Position numbers and translations under genes: made by a program
Shown: positions 9,897 to 18,451 of the stretch, piece by piece
How positions within the stretch are numbered: the stretch's first letter is position 1
Layout of the letters: each line of letters starts with the position of its first letter
Notes under the pieces: generated by a model
Seen by the model: only the letters and a program-made list of their open reading frames with translations
Database searches by the model: none
What the model was told of the DNA's origin: nothing
NCBI GenBank assembly: GCA_021732625.1
Contig: JAKFUP010000025.1
Coordinates: 335 to 64,334, forward strand
DNA: 64,000 nt
Source of the DNA: Hyphomicrobiales bacterium
GTDB lineage: Bacteria; Pseudomonadota; Alphaproteobacteria; Rhizobiales; Xanthobacteraceae
Reading direction: 5' to 3'

Positions 9897-11111
9897 CTAT
9901 GCGCCGCTGCGCAGGCGCGCAAGCAATTCGGCGGTCGGCCACGAATCCGCGGGTAGTCCGTACTTCACCTGCATCGCCTTCACCGCGATGCGGCTTTGTT
10001 GGCCCATGATGCCGTCGATCTTGCCGACGTTATAGCCGCGCCTGGCGAGGATTTGCTGCATCTCTTTCAAGTCGTTGAAGGGCAGCTGCGCCACCTGAGT
10101 TTCAGGCCGCCGCATCGGCCCCGCACCGGCGATGCGTGTTGCGAGATAACCTGCCGTCGTCGAATAGATCAGCGAGTTGTTCCATTCGGTGTAGGCGGCG
10201 AAGTTAGTGTAAGCCAAAAACGCCGGTCCGGTGCGGCCCATCGGCAGCAAAACCGATGCGGGCAGGGCGTCATTCGGCAGCGGCCGTCCGTCGGCCAGCG
10301 TCACGCCCCACTGCGCCCATTTCGAGCGCGGATGCTTGATCGAGAGATCGGTCTGCTCCCATGGGAGGTTTGCAGGGACGCGGATTTCCTGAATCCATGG
10401 CTCGCCGCGTTTCCACTTCAAGCCGTTGGCGATGTAGTTCGCAGTCGAGCCGATCACGTCCTGCGGACTGTGGATCAGATCGCGCTTGCCGTTGCCGTCG
10501 AAGTCCACCGCGTAATCGTAATAGTGCCTCGGCAGGAATTGCGTCTGGCCAAGTTCGCCGGCCCACGAGCCGATCAGTTCGCCCGGCGACAGGTCGCCAC
10601 GATCAAGGATTTTCAGCGCGGCGATGGTTTCGTCCTGAAACATCTGCGAGCGGCGGCAATCGTAAGCCAGCGATACCAGCGAGCGCATGATCGGCAGCTT
10701 GCCCTGCACCGCGCCAAAGTCACTCTCCAGCGCCCAGAACGCGGCGATCACTGCGGGCGGCACGCCATATTCCTTTTCGGCGCGCGCAAAGGCCTGTGCG
10801 TATTGCTGAATCAGTTGCCGCCCTTTGACCATGCGCGCGTCGGACGCCATGCGTCCCGAGAAATCGGTGAAGATTTGCCCGAACACGCGCTGACCGCGAT
10901 CGCGATTGACGATACTGGCGTCGTAGACCATGAGCGGTGCGGCCATCGCCATCGCGCGCTGCGAGACACCGGCCTTCACCGCATCCTGCTTGAGCTGATC
11001 GAGGAATTGCGGAAAGCCGACCCCCTTGCGGCATGGGCCGGGCGTCTGGGCGAGGGCGGTGGAGGAAAAGATCAGCAGAATTGCCGTGAGCAGGCGGGCA
11101 GCGAAAGCCAT
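9897..11111 (-). CDS. Lytic murein transglycosylase (MltB-like) with C-terminal peptidoglycan-binding domain
   Basis: Signal peptide, ALESDFG and GSWAGELGQTQFLP motifs, and a C-terminal PG_binding_1-like repeat (LARRGYNVGKIDGIMGQQSRIAVKAMQ). Confidence 0.85.
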   Translation of the reverse strand: MAFAARLLTAILLIFSSTALAQTPGPCRKGVGFPQFLDQLKQDAVKAGVSQRAMAMAAPLMVYDASIVNRDRGQRVFGQIFTDFSGRMASDARMVKGRQLIQQYAQAFARAEKEYGVPPAVIAAFWALESDFGAVQGKLPIMRSLVSLAYDCRRSQMFQDETIAALKILDRGDLSPGELIGSWAGELGQTQFLPRHYYDYAVDFDGNGKRDLIHSPQDVIGSTANYIANGLKWKRGEPWIQEIRVPANLPWEQTDLSIKHPRSKWAQWGVTLADGRPLPNDALPASVLLPMGRTGPAFLAYTNFAAYTEWNNSLIYSTTAGYLATRIAGAGPMRRPETQVAQLPFNDLKEMQQILARRGYNVGKIDGIMGQQSRIAVKAMQVKYGLPADSWPTAELLARLRSGA

Positions 11112-11160
11112 ATCGGGATAAATCTCCGGTCTTGTAAGACGTAAGACGGTAAGCTATTTT

Positions 11161-11403
11161 ATGGGTATGAGCAAACAGAGCCCAAATGCATCTTTTTCAA
11201 AGGTTTCGGTCAAAAGCCAGACCGTGATTCCGACAAACGTGAGGAAACGGCTCGGGATCGGACCGGGAGATACCCTGCGTTATCGCCTGACCAGCGAGGG
11301 CGTTTTGCTGGACAAGGCTCCGTCTGCGGAGGTCGACGATCCGTTTGCGGCGTTTTCTGAATGGACTGGAGAAGCGGATGAAAAAGCCTTCGCTGAATTA
11401 TAG
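11161..11403 (+). CDS. AbrB/MazE/SpoVT-family antitoxin
   Basis: 80 aa with a SpoVT/AbrB-like beta-rich N-terminus (QTVIPTNVRKRLGIGPGDTLRYRL). It lies directly upstream of a PemK/MazF-like ORF. Confidence 0.7.
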   Translation: MGMSKQSPNASFSKVSVKSQTVIPTNVRKRLGIGPGDTLRYRLTSEGVLLDKAPSAEVDDPFAAFSEWTGEADEKAFAEL

Positions 11404-11468
11404 CGTTCATCTGAACAGCGCTTCGCAAGGGTTGCCGGGAAATCGTGAGACGACGAAGCTCACTGGAA

Positions 11469-11822
11469 ATGACCATGGCACCAATCCGGTATGAACCGTT
11501 CGACGTTGTGGTTGTGCCGTTTCCCTATGCCGACCGGCTTGCCGAGAAACGGCGTCCAGCGCTTGTGGTTTCGACACGAAAACTTGCGACACACGGTCTG
11601 ATCTGGATTGTTATGGTTACAAGCGCGGCCAACGAACCGTGGTCATGTGATGTGGCGATTCCCGATCAGAAAAAGGGCGGCTTGCCCGCGCCGTCGGTGG
11701 TGCGCACTGCGAAATTGGCCTGCATCGATCCAGCGCGCATCGAGCGGCGCGCCGGCCGTCTCGATCGCGCGACCATTCGTGCGGTTCAGCTCAAGCTGAG
11801 GGCGTTTATCGATCTCGCCTGA
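11469..11822 (+). CDS. PemK/MazF-family type II toxin
   Basis: About 117 aa. FDVVVVPFPYADRLAEKRRPALVVS and VRTAKLACIDPARI resemble MazF/PemK growth inhibitors. The start could be 11469 or 11475. Confidence 0.65.
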   Translation: MTMAPIRYEPFDVVVVPFPYADRLAEKRRPALVVSTRKLATHGLIWIVMVTSAANEPWSCDVAIPDQKKGGLPAPSVVRTAKLACIDPARIERRAGRLDRATIRAVQLKLRAFIDLA

Positions 11823-11889
11823 TTGCATTTCGCGCGCACGGCCAATACGACGCCATAGACTCCCATGCATCCCATATCCACAAACGCAA

Positions 11890-11924
11890 AATGCCCGGCC
11901 GTGATGGCCGGGCATTCTTGTTTT
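11890..11924. terminator. Bidirectional terminator hairpin
   Basis: AATGCCCGGCC (11890-11900) pairs with GGCCGGGCATT (11906-11916). It is flanked by an A-run upstream and TCTTGTTTT downstream, between the convergent toxin gene and aceA. Confidence 0.75.
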
Positions 11925-11942
11925 GATCGCTACCAGCGATGA

Positions 11943-13583
11943 TTAGTCGAACTGGTTCATCGTGTTGTGTGCGCCGCCAGCCTTCAGGGCCGCCGCGCCT
12001 GCGAAGTATCCCTTGTGGTCGTCGCCGATGTCGGAGCCGGCCATGTTCTGGTGCTTCGCGCAGGCGATGCCCTGACGGATTTCAGCGCGTTGGACGTTCT
12101 TCACGTAGCCGAGCATGCCCTGGTCGCCGAAATATTCCTTCGAGAGGTTATCGGTCGACAGCGCTGTCGTGTGATAGGTCGGCAGCGTGATCAGGTGGTG
12201 GAAGATGCCGGCGCGCTTTGCTGAATCCGCCTGGAAGGTGCGGATCAGTTCGTCGGCTTCGATCGCCAGCGGCGTGGTGTCGTATTCCACCTTCATCAGC
12301 TCGGCACGGTTGTACTTGCTGACGTCCTTACCGGCTTCCTTCATGGCATCGTAAACCTGCCAGCGGAAGTTCAGCGTCCAGTTGAACGATGGCGAGTTGT
12401 TGTAGGCGAGCTTGGCGTTCGGGATCACCTCGCGAACGCGATCGACCATTTCGGCGATCTGCGCGATGTTCGGCTTCTCGGTTTCGATCCACAGCAGATC
12501 GGAGCCGTTCTGCAGCGAGGTGATGCTGTCGAGCACGCAGCGGTCGACGCCGGTACCGGCGCGGAACTGATACAGGTTGCTCGGCAGACGCTTCGGACGC
12601 ATCAGCTTGCCGTTGCGGCTGATGATGACATCGCCGTTGCCGATCTTCGACGCATCGACTTCTTCGCAGTCGAGGAAGCTGTTGTACTGGTCGCCGAGGT
12701 CACCCGCCTTGTGGCTGACAGCGATCTGCTGGGTGAGGCCTGCGCCGAGCGAGTCGGTGCGGGTCACGATGATGCCGTTGTCGACGCCCATCTCGAGGAA
12801 CGCGTGACGGCAGGCGCGGATCTTCGCCAGGAACACTTCATGCGGCACCGTCACCTTGCCGTCCTGATGGCCGCACTGCTTTTCGTCGGACACCTGGTTT
12901 TCGATCTGCAGGGCGCACGCGCCGGCTTCGATCATCTTCTTGGCCAGCAGATAGGTCGCTTCGGCATTGCCGAAACCTGCGTCGATATCGGCGATCACCG
13001 GCACGACGTGGGTCTGGAAGTTGTCGACCTTCTCGATCAGCGCTGCTTCCTTGGCCTTGTCGCCGGCCTTACGCGCGGCGTCGATGTCACGGAAGATGTC
13101 GTTAAGCTCGCGGGAGTCGGCCTGACGCAGGAAGGTGTAGAGCTCTTCGATCAGCGCCGGCACCGAGGTCTTCTCGTGCATCGACTGATCCGGCAGCGGA
13201 CCGAACTCGGAACGCAACGCGGCGATCATCCAGCCCGACAGATACAGGTAGCGGCGGTCGGTCTTGCCGCCGAAATGCTTCTTGATCGAGATCAGCTTTT
13301 GCTGTGCGACGAAACCGTGCCAGCAACCCAGCGACTGGGTGTACTTGGTGGGATCCGCATCATACGCGGCCATGTCCGCACGCATCAGGTCCGCGGTGTA
13401 GCGGGCGATGTCCAGACCGGTCTTGAAGCGGTTCTGCAAGCGCATGCGCGCGACCGCTTCGGCGGTGACGCCGTTCCAGGTGGGCTGGTCCTTGAGGAGG
13501 GCCTGAGCCGACTTCAGTTCAGCCTGGTAGGACGACGGGCCTTGAATGGCTTGGTCGGTGATGCCGCGCGATTGGTAATTCAT
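11943..13583 (-). CDS. aceA: Isocitrate lyase (long form)
   Basis: 546 aa with an ICL signature-like KQCGHQDGK, GAGFGNAEATY and IENQVSDEK. GGGAG lies 8 nt upstream of the ATG. Confidence 0.9.
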   Translation of the reverse strand: MNYQSRGITDQAIQGPSSYQAELKSAQALLKDQPTWNGVTAEAVARMRLQNRFKTGLDIARYTADLMRADMAAYDADPTKYTQSLGCWHGFVAQQKLISIKKHFGGKTDRRYLYLSGWMIAALRSEFGPLPDQSMHEKTSVPALIEELYTFLRQADSRELNDIFRDIDAARKAGDKAKEAALIEKVDNFQTHVVPVIADIDAGFGNAEATYLLAKKMIEAGACALQIENQVSDEKQCGHQDGKVTVPHEVFLAKIRACRHAFLEMGVDNGIIVTRTDSLGAGLTQQIAVSHKAGDLGDQYNSFLDCEEVDASKIGNGDVIISRNGKLMRPKRLPSNLYQFRAGTGVDRCVLDSITSLQNGSDLLWIETEKPNIAQIAEMVDRVREVIPNAKLAYNNSPSFNWTLNFRWQVYDAMKEAGKDVSKYNRAELMKVEYDTTPLAIEADELIRTFQADSAKRAGIFHHLITLPTYHTTALSTDNLSKEYFGDQGMLGYVKNVQRAEIRQGIACAKHQNMAGSDIGDDHKGYFAGAAALKAGGAHNTMNQFD

Positions 13584-13664
13584 GGTGGTGCTCCCGAATG
13601 AAGTTGTCCCTGTTTGAACGCATCATTCGGCCAACCGCTAGAGGATTCAGAGATAACTTGTCAG

Positions 13665-13705
13665 ACTTTACAAACTTATGTTGTAATGATGTAATTACTT
13701 TACAA
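13665..13705. promoter_or_regulatory. Candidate operator: two ACTTTACAA repeats in the aceA / regulator divergent intergenic region
   Basis: ACTTTACAA occurs at 13665-13673 and 13697-13705, with starts 32 bp apart. An inverted TTGTAA lies at 13681-13686. The motif resembles the core of the corynebacterial RamB motif as I recall it. Confidence 0.4.
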
Positions 13706-13733
13706 TTAGGAGGCTTTGGCAAGGCGACGCCCT

Positions 13734-15173
13734 ATGGCGACATCGACAACACGCTCGGTTTTTATGGGGCCGCGGCTCCGACGGCTGCGGCGCGATCTCG
13801 GCCTGACACAGGCGGATATGGCGGCCGATCTCGATATATCGGCTCCATACGTGGCGCTGCTGGAGCGAAATCAGCGGCCGGTCACGGCGGATATGCTGCT
13901 GCGTCTCGCCCGCACGTACAAGATCGATCTTGCTGATCTTGCCGGCGACGGCGGTGCGGATCACACGGCGCGCATGCAGGCGGTTCTCAAGGAGCCGATG
14001 TTCGCCGACATCGATATTCCCTCGCTTGAAATCAGCGATATTGCCATCGGCTATCCGGGGCTGGCCGAGGCCTTCCTGCGGCTCTACACCGCCTATCGCG
14101 AGGAGCAACTCGCGCTGGCTGATCGCTCAGGCCCGAGGTTGACAGGGGTCGAGTCGAAGTCGCGCCGGGGCGGTTTGGATGTCAACGATCCGGTTGCTGA
14201 AGTCCGCAGGTTTCTGGCCGCGCGCAAGAATAACTTCGCGGATATCGACGACGCGGCCGAGCGCGTTCTGCAAGGTCCGGCGGATACCAACTGGCTGATC
14301 GAGCGGCTGAAGGTCCGTCACAATCTTCGCGTTCGTCATATGCCGCCGAAGGTCATGCTTGGCTCGGTCCGGCGGCTGGATCGTCACCGCAAGGAAATCC
14401 TGTTTGACGACTCGCTCGACACGGCAAGCTTCACCTTCCAGCTGGCGCAGCAACTCGCCTATCTCGAGTTCGAGAAGGAGATCGCCGCAGCGCTGAAAGC
14501 CGGCCACTTCAGTACCAAAAGCGGTAAGCTGCTGGCGCATCGTTCGCTCGCGAGTTACGCCGCAGCGGCGCTGATCATGCCGTATTCCGAGTTTGCGAAG
14601 GCGGCGGAGGCTCGCCGTTACGACGTTGAAGCGCTGGCACGGCAGTTCTCCACGAGCTTCGAACAGACCGCGCATCGCATCACGACCTTGCAGAGGCCGA
14701 GCGCGGAAAAAGTCCCGTTCTTTTTGATCCGCGTCGATCCGGCCGGCAATATTTCCAAGCTGCTCGATGGTGCCGGATTTCCCTTTGCCAAGCACGGCGG
14801 AGCCTGTCCGTTGTGGTCGGTTCACGGAGTTTTCAAAACGCCGCGCCAGATCGTGACGCAATGGCTGGAGTTACCTGACGGTCAGCGATTCTTTTCCATT
14901 GCCCGCACGGTCACGGCCGGTGGTGGTTCGTTCGGCGCTGTGCGCGTGGAGCGCGCCATTGCGATCGGTTGCGCCGCCGAGCATGCAGGAAAGCTGATTT
15001 ATACCAGCGATGAGTCTGGGCCTCGCGCCGAAGCACTGACGCCGATCGGCGTTGCATGCCGCGTTTGCCACCGACCGACATGCGCGGCGCGATCCGAACT
15101 CCCGATCGGCCGTGAATTGCTTCCCGACGATTACCGGCGGCTCAATGTTCCGTTCGGGTTCTCGTCCGACTGA
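13734..15173 (+). CDS. XRE-family HTH regulator with ImmA/IrrE-like peptidase domain and DUF2083-like C-terminus (RamB/PrpR/ScfR-like)
   Basis: N-terminal HTH (GPRLRRLRRDLGLTQADMAADLDISAPYVALLERNQRP) and a Cys-rich C-terminus (CPLW ... CRVCHRPTCAAR). It is divergent from isocitrate lyase. The start is uncertain: TTG 13716, ATG 13734 or ATG 13764. Confidence 0.75.
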   Translation: MATSTTRSVFMGPRLRRLRRDLGLTQADMAADLDISAPYVALLERNQRPVTADMLLRLARTYKIDLADLAGDGGADHTARMQAVLKEPMFADIDIPSLEISDIAIGYPGLAEAFLRLYTAYREEQLALADRSGPRLTGVESKSRRGGLDVNDPVAEVRRFLAARKNNFADIDDAAERVLQGPADTNWLIERLKVRHNLRVRHMPPKVMLGSVRRLDRHRKEILFDDSLDTASFTFQLAQQLAYLEFEKEIAAALKAGHFSTKSGKLLAHRSLASYAAAALIMPYSEFAKAAEARRYDVEALARQFSTSFEQTAHRITTLQRPSAEKVPFFLIRVDPAGNISKLLDGAGFPFAKHGGACPLWSVHGVFKTPRQIVTQWLELPDGQRFFSIARTVTAGGGSFGAVRVERAIAIGCAAEHAGKLIYTSDESGPRAEALTPIGVACRVCHRPTCAARSELPIGRELLPDDYRRLNVPFGFSSD

Positions 15174-15261
15174 TCGTCTGTGAGCACTGGATTCCTGCGG
15201 AATTTACATTACAAAGCGCCGCAGCGTGACTAAATATAGTCCGGGATTAATGGAGGCCTAA

Positions 15262-15468
15262 ATGAGCGGCAGCAATTTCTGGGTCATTGGCGGCGAGTTC
15301 GGTTCGATGAACTTTCACAAGCTCGTGGCGGGTTCGGCTCAGGTGCAGGGTCCGTTCAAGACCCGCAAGGAGGCCGAAGACGCGTGGAAGATCGTCTCGG
15401 AAGAGAACCGGCACAAGGCGGGTGTGCGCTTCTCGATCGTCGAGGAGCCGAGCCGCGGCGCGTCTTGA
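15262..15468 (+). CDS. DUF4170-family small protein
   Basis: 68 aa, beginning FWVIGGEFGSMNFHKLV, preceded by GGAGG 6 nt upstream. This resembles conserved alphaproteobacterial DUF4170. Confidence 0.65.
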   Translation: MSGSNFWVIGGEFGSMNFHKLVAGSAQVQGPFKTRKEAEDAWKIVSEENRHKAGVRFSIVEEPSRGAS

Positions 15469-15505
15469 TCCAAACGCCCGGTCAGCCTTTGACCGCTCAA
15501 TAACA

Positions 15506-15545
15506 ACGGCCCTGTCCGGTATGTCCGGGCGGGGCCGTTTGCTTG
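15506..15545 (+). terminator. Terminator-like hairpin
   Basis: ACGGCCCTGTCCGG (15506-15519) pairs with CCGGGCGGGGCCGT (15525-15538), including two G-U pairs. It is followed by TTGCTTG. Confidence 0.55.
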
Positions 15546-15672
15546 TGAGCGCCGACGGCTCTCGCGCCCGCTGCGGGGATGGGTGTAAGCGCTTGTGAAT
15601 CAAGGCCCTTTGCCCTGATCGTGGTAACTGATAGGTTAACGAAACATTTCGATCCGCGGGAAAGGCCAGACG

Positions 15673-16233
15673 ATGTCCGAGCCGAATGCAGACAACAGCA
15701 ATGCCGAGCGCCCGGTGAAGCTGCGCGAGGCGTTGCGCCGCGCCCGCATCGAAGCCGCAGACCGTACCAGCGTTGTGGTCGATCTGCGCGATGCAGAGGT
15801 GGCGCGGCTTGAGATCCTCAACGAAGCACTTGACTCGCTGTTCAAGGAAATTCCCGACCGCATCGATCTGTTCGATCGCGGCATCAGCCAGGGCGATACG
15901 CCACGGCTGTGGATCGATGTCGTTGCTCACGTGATGATGGGCCGCGACAAGCGGCAGTATCGCTTTGTGCGCGACACGCGATTTGGCCGCACCGTGCTGG
16001 CTGAATCGCATGAGACCAAGCCGATCGTGGAAGCGATCACGGATTACATCGCGCGGCGCATCATCGAGCGCGAACATGCGCTGACGGATTCATCGCTGCC
16101 GGCGGCTGTTGCCGCGGCAGAAGTTATGCCGTCCAAGCGCTCGCGCGGGATCTGGACATTCGTGCTCGGTGCGGTGTTCGGCGTTGTGGTGCTGCTTGGC
16201 ATCGCAGCCATCGCCGTGCTGCGCGGCGTTTAA
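15673..16233 (+). CDS. Hypothetical protein with C-terminal transmembrane anchor
   Basis: 186 aa with a charged N-terminal region and a hydrophobic C-terminus (IWTFVLGAVFGVVVLLGIAAIAVL). No family recognised. Confidence 0.55.
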   Translation: MSEPNADNSNAERPVKLREALRRARIEAADRTSVVVDLRDAEVARLEILNEALDSLFKEIPDRIDLFDRGISQGDTPRLWIDVVAHVMMGRDKRQYRFVRDTRFGRTVLAESHETKPIVEAITDYIARRIIEREHALTDSSLPAAVAAAEVMPSKRSRGIWTFVLGAVFGVVVLLGIAAIAVLRGV

Positions 16234-17129
16234 ATAAGTCGCGTCTCACGCACGTCTTTCCAGATTCCGTTTTTGAGCGACGAGCGCACGCGCATATCGC
16301 AGCGCCAGTGATCGCTCTCGCGCGTGATCGCAAACAGATTGTAGGCCGCTGGATCGTGTTTGCCGTCGTCTGCGGCGGATGCTGACGGCACACCGACCAC
16401 CGGAATTTTCCCGCGCAGGCCATCGATACAAATCGTGGCATGGCGATGATCGTGGCCATGGAGCACAAGCTCAGCGCCACGCCGCCGCAGGATCGCCGTC
16501 AGTTCGTCTGCGTCGAGCAGCCGCTTGTAGCGGCGCTTGACGTCGGTATCGAGCGGATGATGAATCAACAGCACGCGAAAGGCTTCTTCAGGAGGAGTGC
16601 TCGCAAGAATTTTCTCGAGCGCGGCAAGCTGCTGCGTTCCGAGTTTTCCGGTAGCCATGAAAGGCGGCGTCGGAACTGCCGTCGACAATCCGATCAGCAC
16701 CAGCGGTCCGCGCCGCTGCACATACGGAAACGTGACTGCGCTGTCCGGCGGCGCATTGTCGCCGCGCAGATAATCCGCCCACTCGCTGGCGAAGCGATCG
16801 TGCATGTCCGGCACGTATGCGTCGTGATTGCCGGGGACGAGCGAGACATGCTCAGGCGTGCCGACGCTGCGCAGCCATTTGGCCGCCTGCTTTAACTCCG
16901 CATCGAGCGAAAGATTCATCAGATCGCCGGTGACCGCAATGTGATCGGGACGTTGCGCCTTCATGTCCGCGATCAGCGCATCAAGCACGTCGCGGCGATG
17001 AAAGGCATGACGGTTGCGCGTCCAGTTCAGATAACCAAGCATCCGCTTGCCCATGAGCTCGCGCGGCGACGGCTGCGGCAGCGGCGCCAGATGCGGATCG
17101 GACAGATGAGCCAGGACATATGCCGTCAT
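16230..17129 (-). CDS. Metallophosphoesterase
   Basis: Motifs LSDPHL, VTGDLMN, GNHD and GHDHRH are characteristic of calcineurin-like phosphoesterases. Confidence 0.85.
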   Translation of the reverse strand: MTAYVLAHLSDPHLAPLPQPSPRELMGKRMLGYLNWTRNRHAFHRRDVLDALIADMKAQRPDHIAVTGDLMNLSLDAELKQAAKWLRSVGTPEHVSLVPGNHDAYVPDMHDRFASEWADYLRGDNAPPDSAVTFPYVQRRGPLVLIGLSTAVPTPPFMATGKLGTQQLAALEKILASTPPEEAFRVLLIHHPLDTDVKRRYKRLLDADELTAILRRRGAELVLHGHDHRHATICIDGLRGKIPVVGVPSASAADDGKHDPAAYNLFAITRESDHWRCDMRVRSSLKNGIWKDVRETRLI

Positions 17130-17250
17130 ATGATGTGATGCATAAACGCGCCGCCGCCTTTGAAAGCCGGTCTGCTTTTGGCAAGATGCAGGGCATGACG
17201 CAAGATACCAAGCCTCACGGGCCGTTCAGGCTGCCGCATGGAGACATCGC

Positions 17251-17739
17251 GTGATGGCTGTTTTCGATTTGCGGCGCAAGTTCGAGCCGATGATCCGGCG
17301 TCTCTTTCATTTCTATTCACGATTCGCCCGTGGCATGACCATGGGCGTGCGGGCGCTGGTGCTGGACCCGGACGATCGCATCTTTCTCGTCAAACACAGC
17401 TATGTCGATGGCTGGCATCTGCCGGGCGGAGGAGTCGAGGTCGGCGAGACGGTGCTGGACTCGCTGGCGCGTGAGTTGATGGAGGAGGGGCTGATTGAGA
17501 TCATCGGCGCGCCGGTGCTGCATGGCGTGTTCTTCAGCCGCGGCGTCTCGAAGCGTGATCACGTGGTGGTGTACGTCGTGCGGTCGTATCGGCAGCAGCG
17601 CATGCCTGAGCCGAACAGCGAGATTGTCGCCTGCGGCTTTTTCGCAATGTCGGAATTGCCCCCGGATACCACGCTCGGCACGCGCAACCGTATTGCAGAG
17701 GTGTTCGACGGCCGGGTATTGATCCCGGACTGGCGTTGA
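17251..17739 (+). CDS. NUDIX hydrolase
   Basis: Nudix box GGGVEVGETVLDSLARELMEEGL. Confidence 0.85.
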   Translation: MMAVFDLRRKFEPMIRRLFHFYSRFARGMTMGVRALVLDPDDRIFLVKHSYVDGWHLPGGGVEVGETVLDSLARELMEEGLIEIIGAPVLHGVFFSRGVSKRDHVVVYVVRSYRQQRMPEPNSEIVACGFFAMSELPPDTTLGTRNRIAEVFDGRVLIPDWR

Positions 17740-17765
17740 CCATTTGGGGATGCTATTCCGCGCCA

Positions 17766-17915
17766 CCAGTGAAGCGAATTTGACATTCGCTATCGCCGTC
17801 CGGGTCGCTCTGTAAGCGAATGTCAAATTCAAAGCTTCACTGGCATTAATAATTGGCTGGTGATCGATTCTAACATTCGCCAGGGGCCTAGCAGCAGGGA
17901 TTGCGAATGTTAGAA
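17766..17915. repeat. Two large hairpins sharing an ACATTCGC / GCGAATGT core
   Basis: Hairpin C has arms 17766-17791 and 17815-17843 (16+10 bp with a 3-nt AAA bulge). Hairpin D has arms 17868-17880 and 17903-17915 (13 bp, perfect). The segment is locally AT-rich. Confidence 0.8.
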
Positions 17916-17929
17916 CCGGACCAACCAGC

Positions 17930-18451
17930 ATGAACGAGCTTTCTCTCACGATCCGGGCCGAAACGCCGGCTGACGAGCAGGCGATCGAACGGCTGCACGA
18001 GCGCACCTTCGGTCCCGGCCGGTTCGTGCTGAGTGCCTACCGGCTGCGCGAGCATGTCGCGCATCGCCTCGATCTGTCGTTTACGGCGCGCATCGGCACG
18101 CTACTGGTCGGCTCGGTGCGGCAACTGCCGGTCTGTATCGGCGATACGCCCGCGCTGTTGCTCGGGCCGCTGACGGTCGAGCCGCCGTTCCGCGAGCGTG
18201 GTATCGGCAAAATGCTGCTTGAACGCGCGCTGAAGGATTCCAAGGCAGCAGGTCAGCGGCTGATCGTACTGGTCGGCGACGAACCTTATTATAGTCGCGT
18301 CGGCTTCCGCAAAATTCCGCGCGGCCGCGCGACTATGCCGGGCCCGGTGGATCGCAACCGTTTGCTGGTCGCCGAACTGGTAGAAGGCGCTTTCGAGAAT
18401 GTCAGCGGCGCTATTCGGCCCGACTGGAGTGCTGATCCTTGCCAGTCTTAA
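17930..18451 (+). CDS. GNAT-family N-acetyltransferase
   Basis: 173 aa with an acetyl-CoA binding-like motif (RERGIGKMLLERAL). Confidence 0.8.
   Translation: MNELSLTIRAETPADEQAIERLHERTFGPGRFVLSAYRLREHVAHRLDLSFTARIGTLLVGSVRQLPVCIGDTPALLLGPLTVEPPFRERGIGKMLLERALKDSKAAGQRLIVLVGDEPYYSRVGFRKIPRGRATMPGPVDRNRLLVAELVEGAFENVSGAIRPDWSADPCQS

Noticed and set aside
9996-11144. 382-aa ORF on the plus strand opposite the lytic transglycosylase gene. Similar long antisense ORFs occur at 12711-13601, 22098-23789, 27454-28812, 38172-39920, 41612-43303 and 50226-51275.
   Set aside because: All lie antisense to genes with clear family motifs. Their translations are Arg/Ala/Gly-rich with no recognisable motifs. 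This is the usual stop-codon-poor antisense frame of high-GC DNA.
17868-17915. TTCTAAC ... GTTAGAA in hairpin D as an Irr iron-control element (TTTAGAA-N3-TTCTAAA).
   Set aside because: The half-sites are in the wrong relative order and are separated by 34 nt rather than 3. It is better described as a hairpin or repeat.
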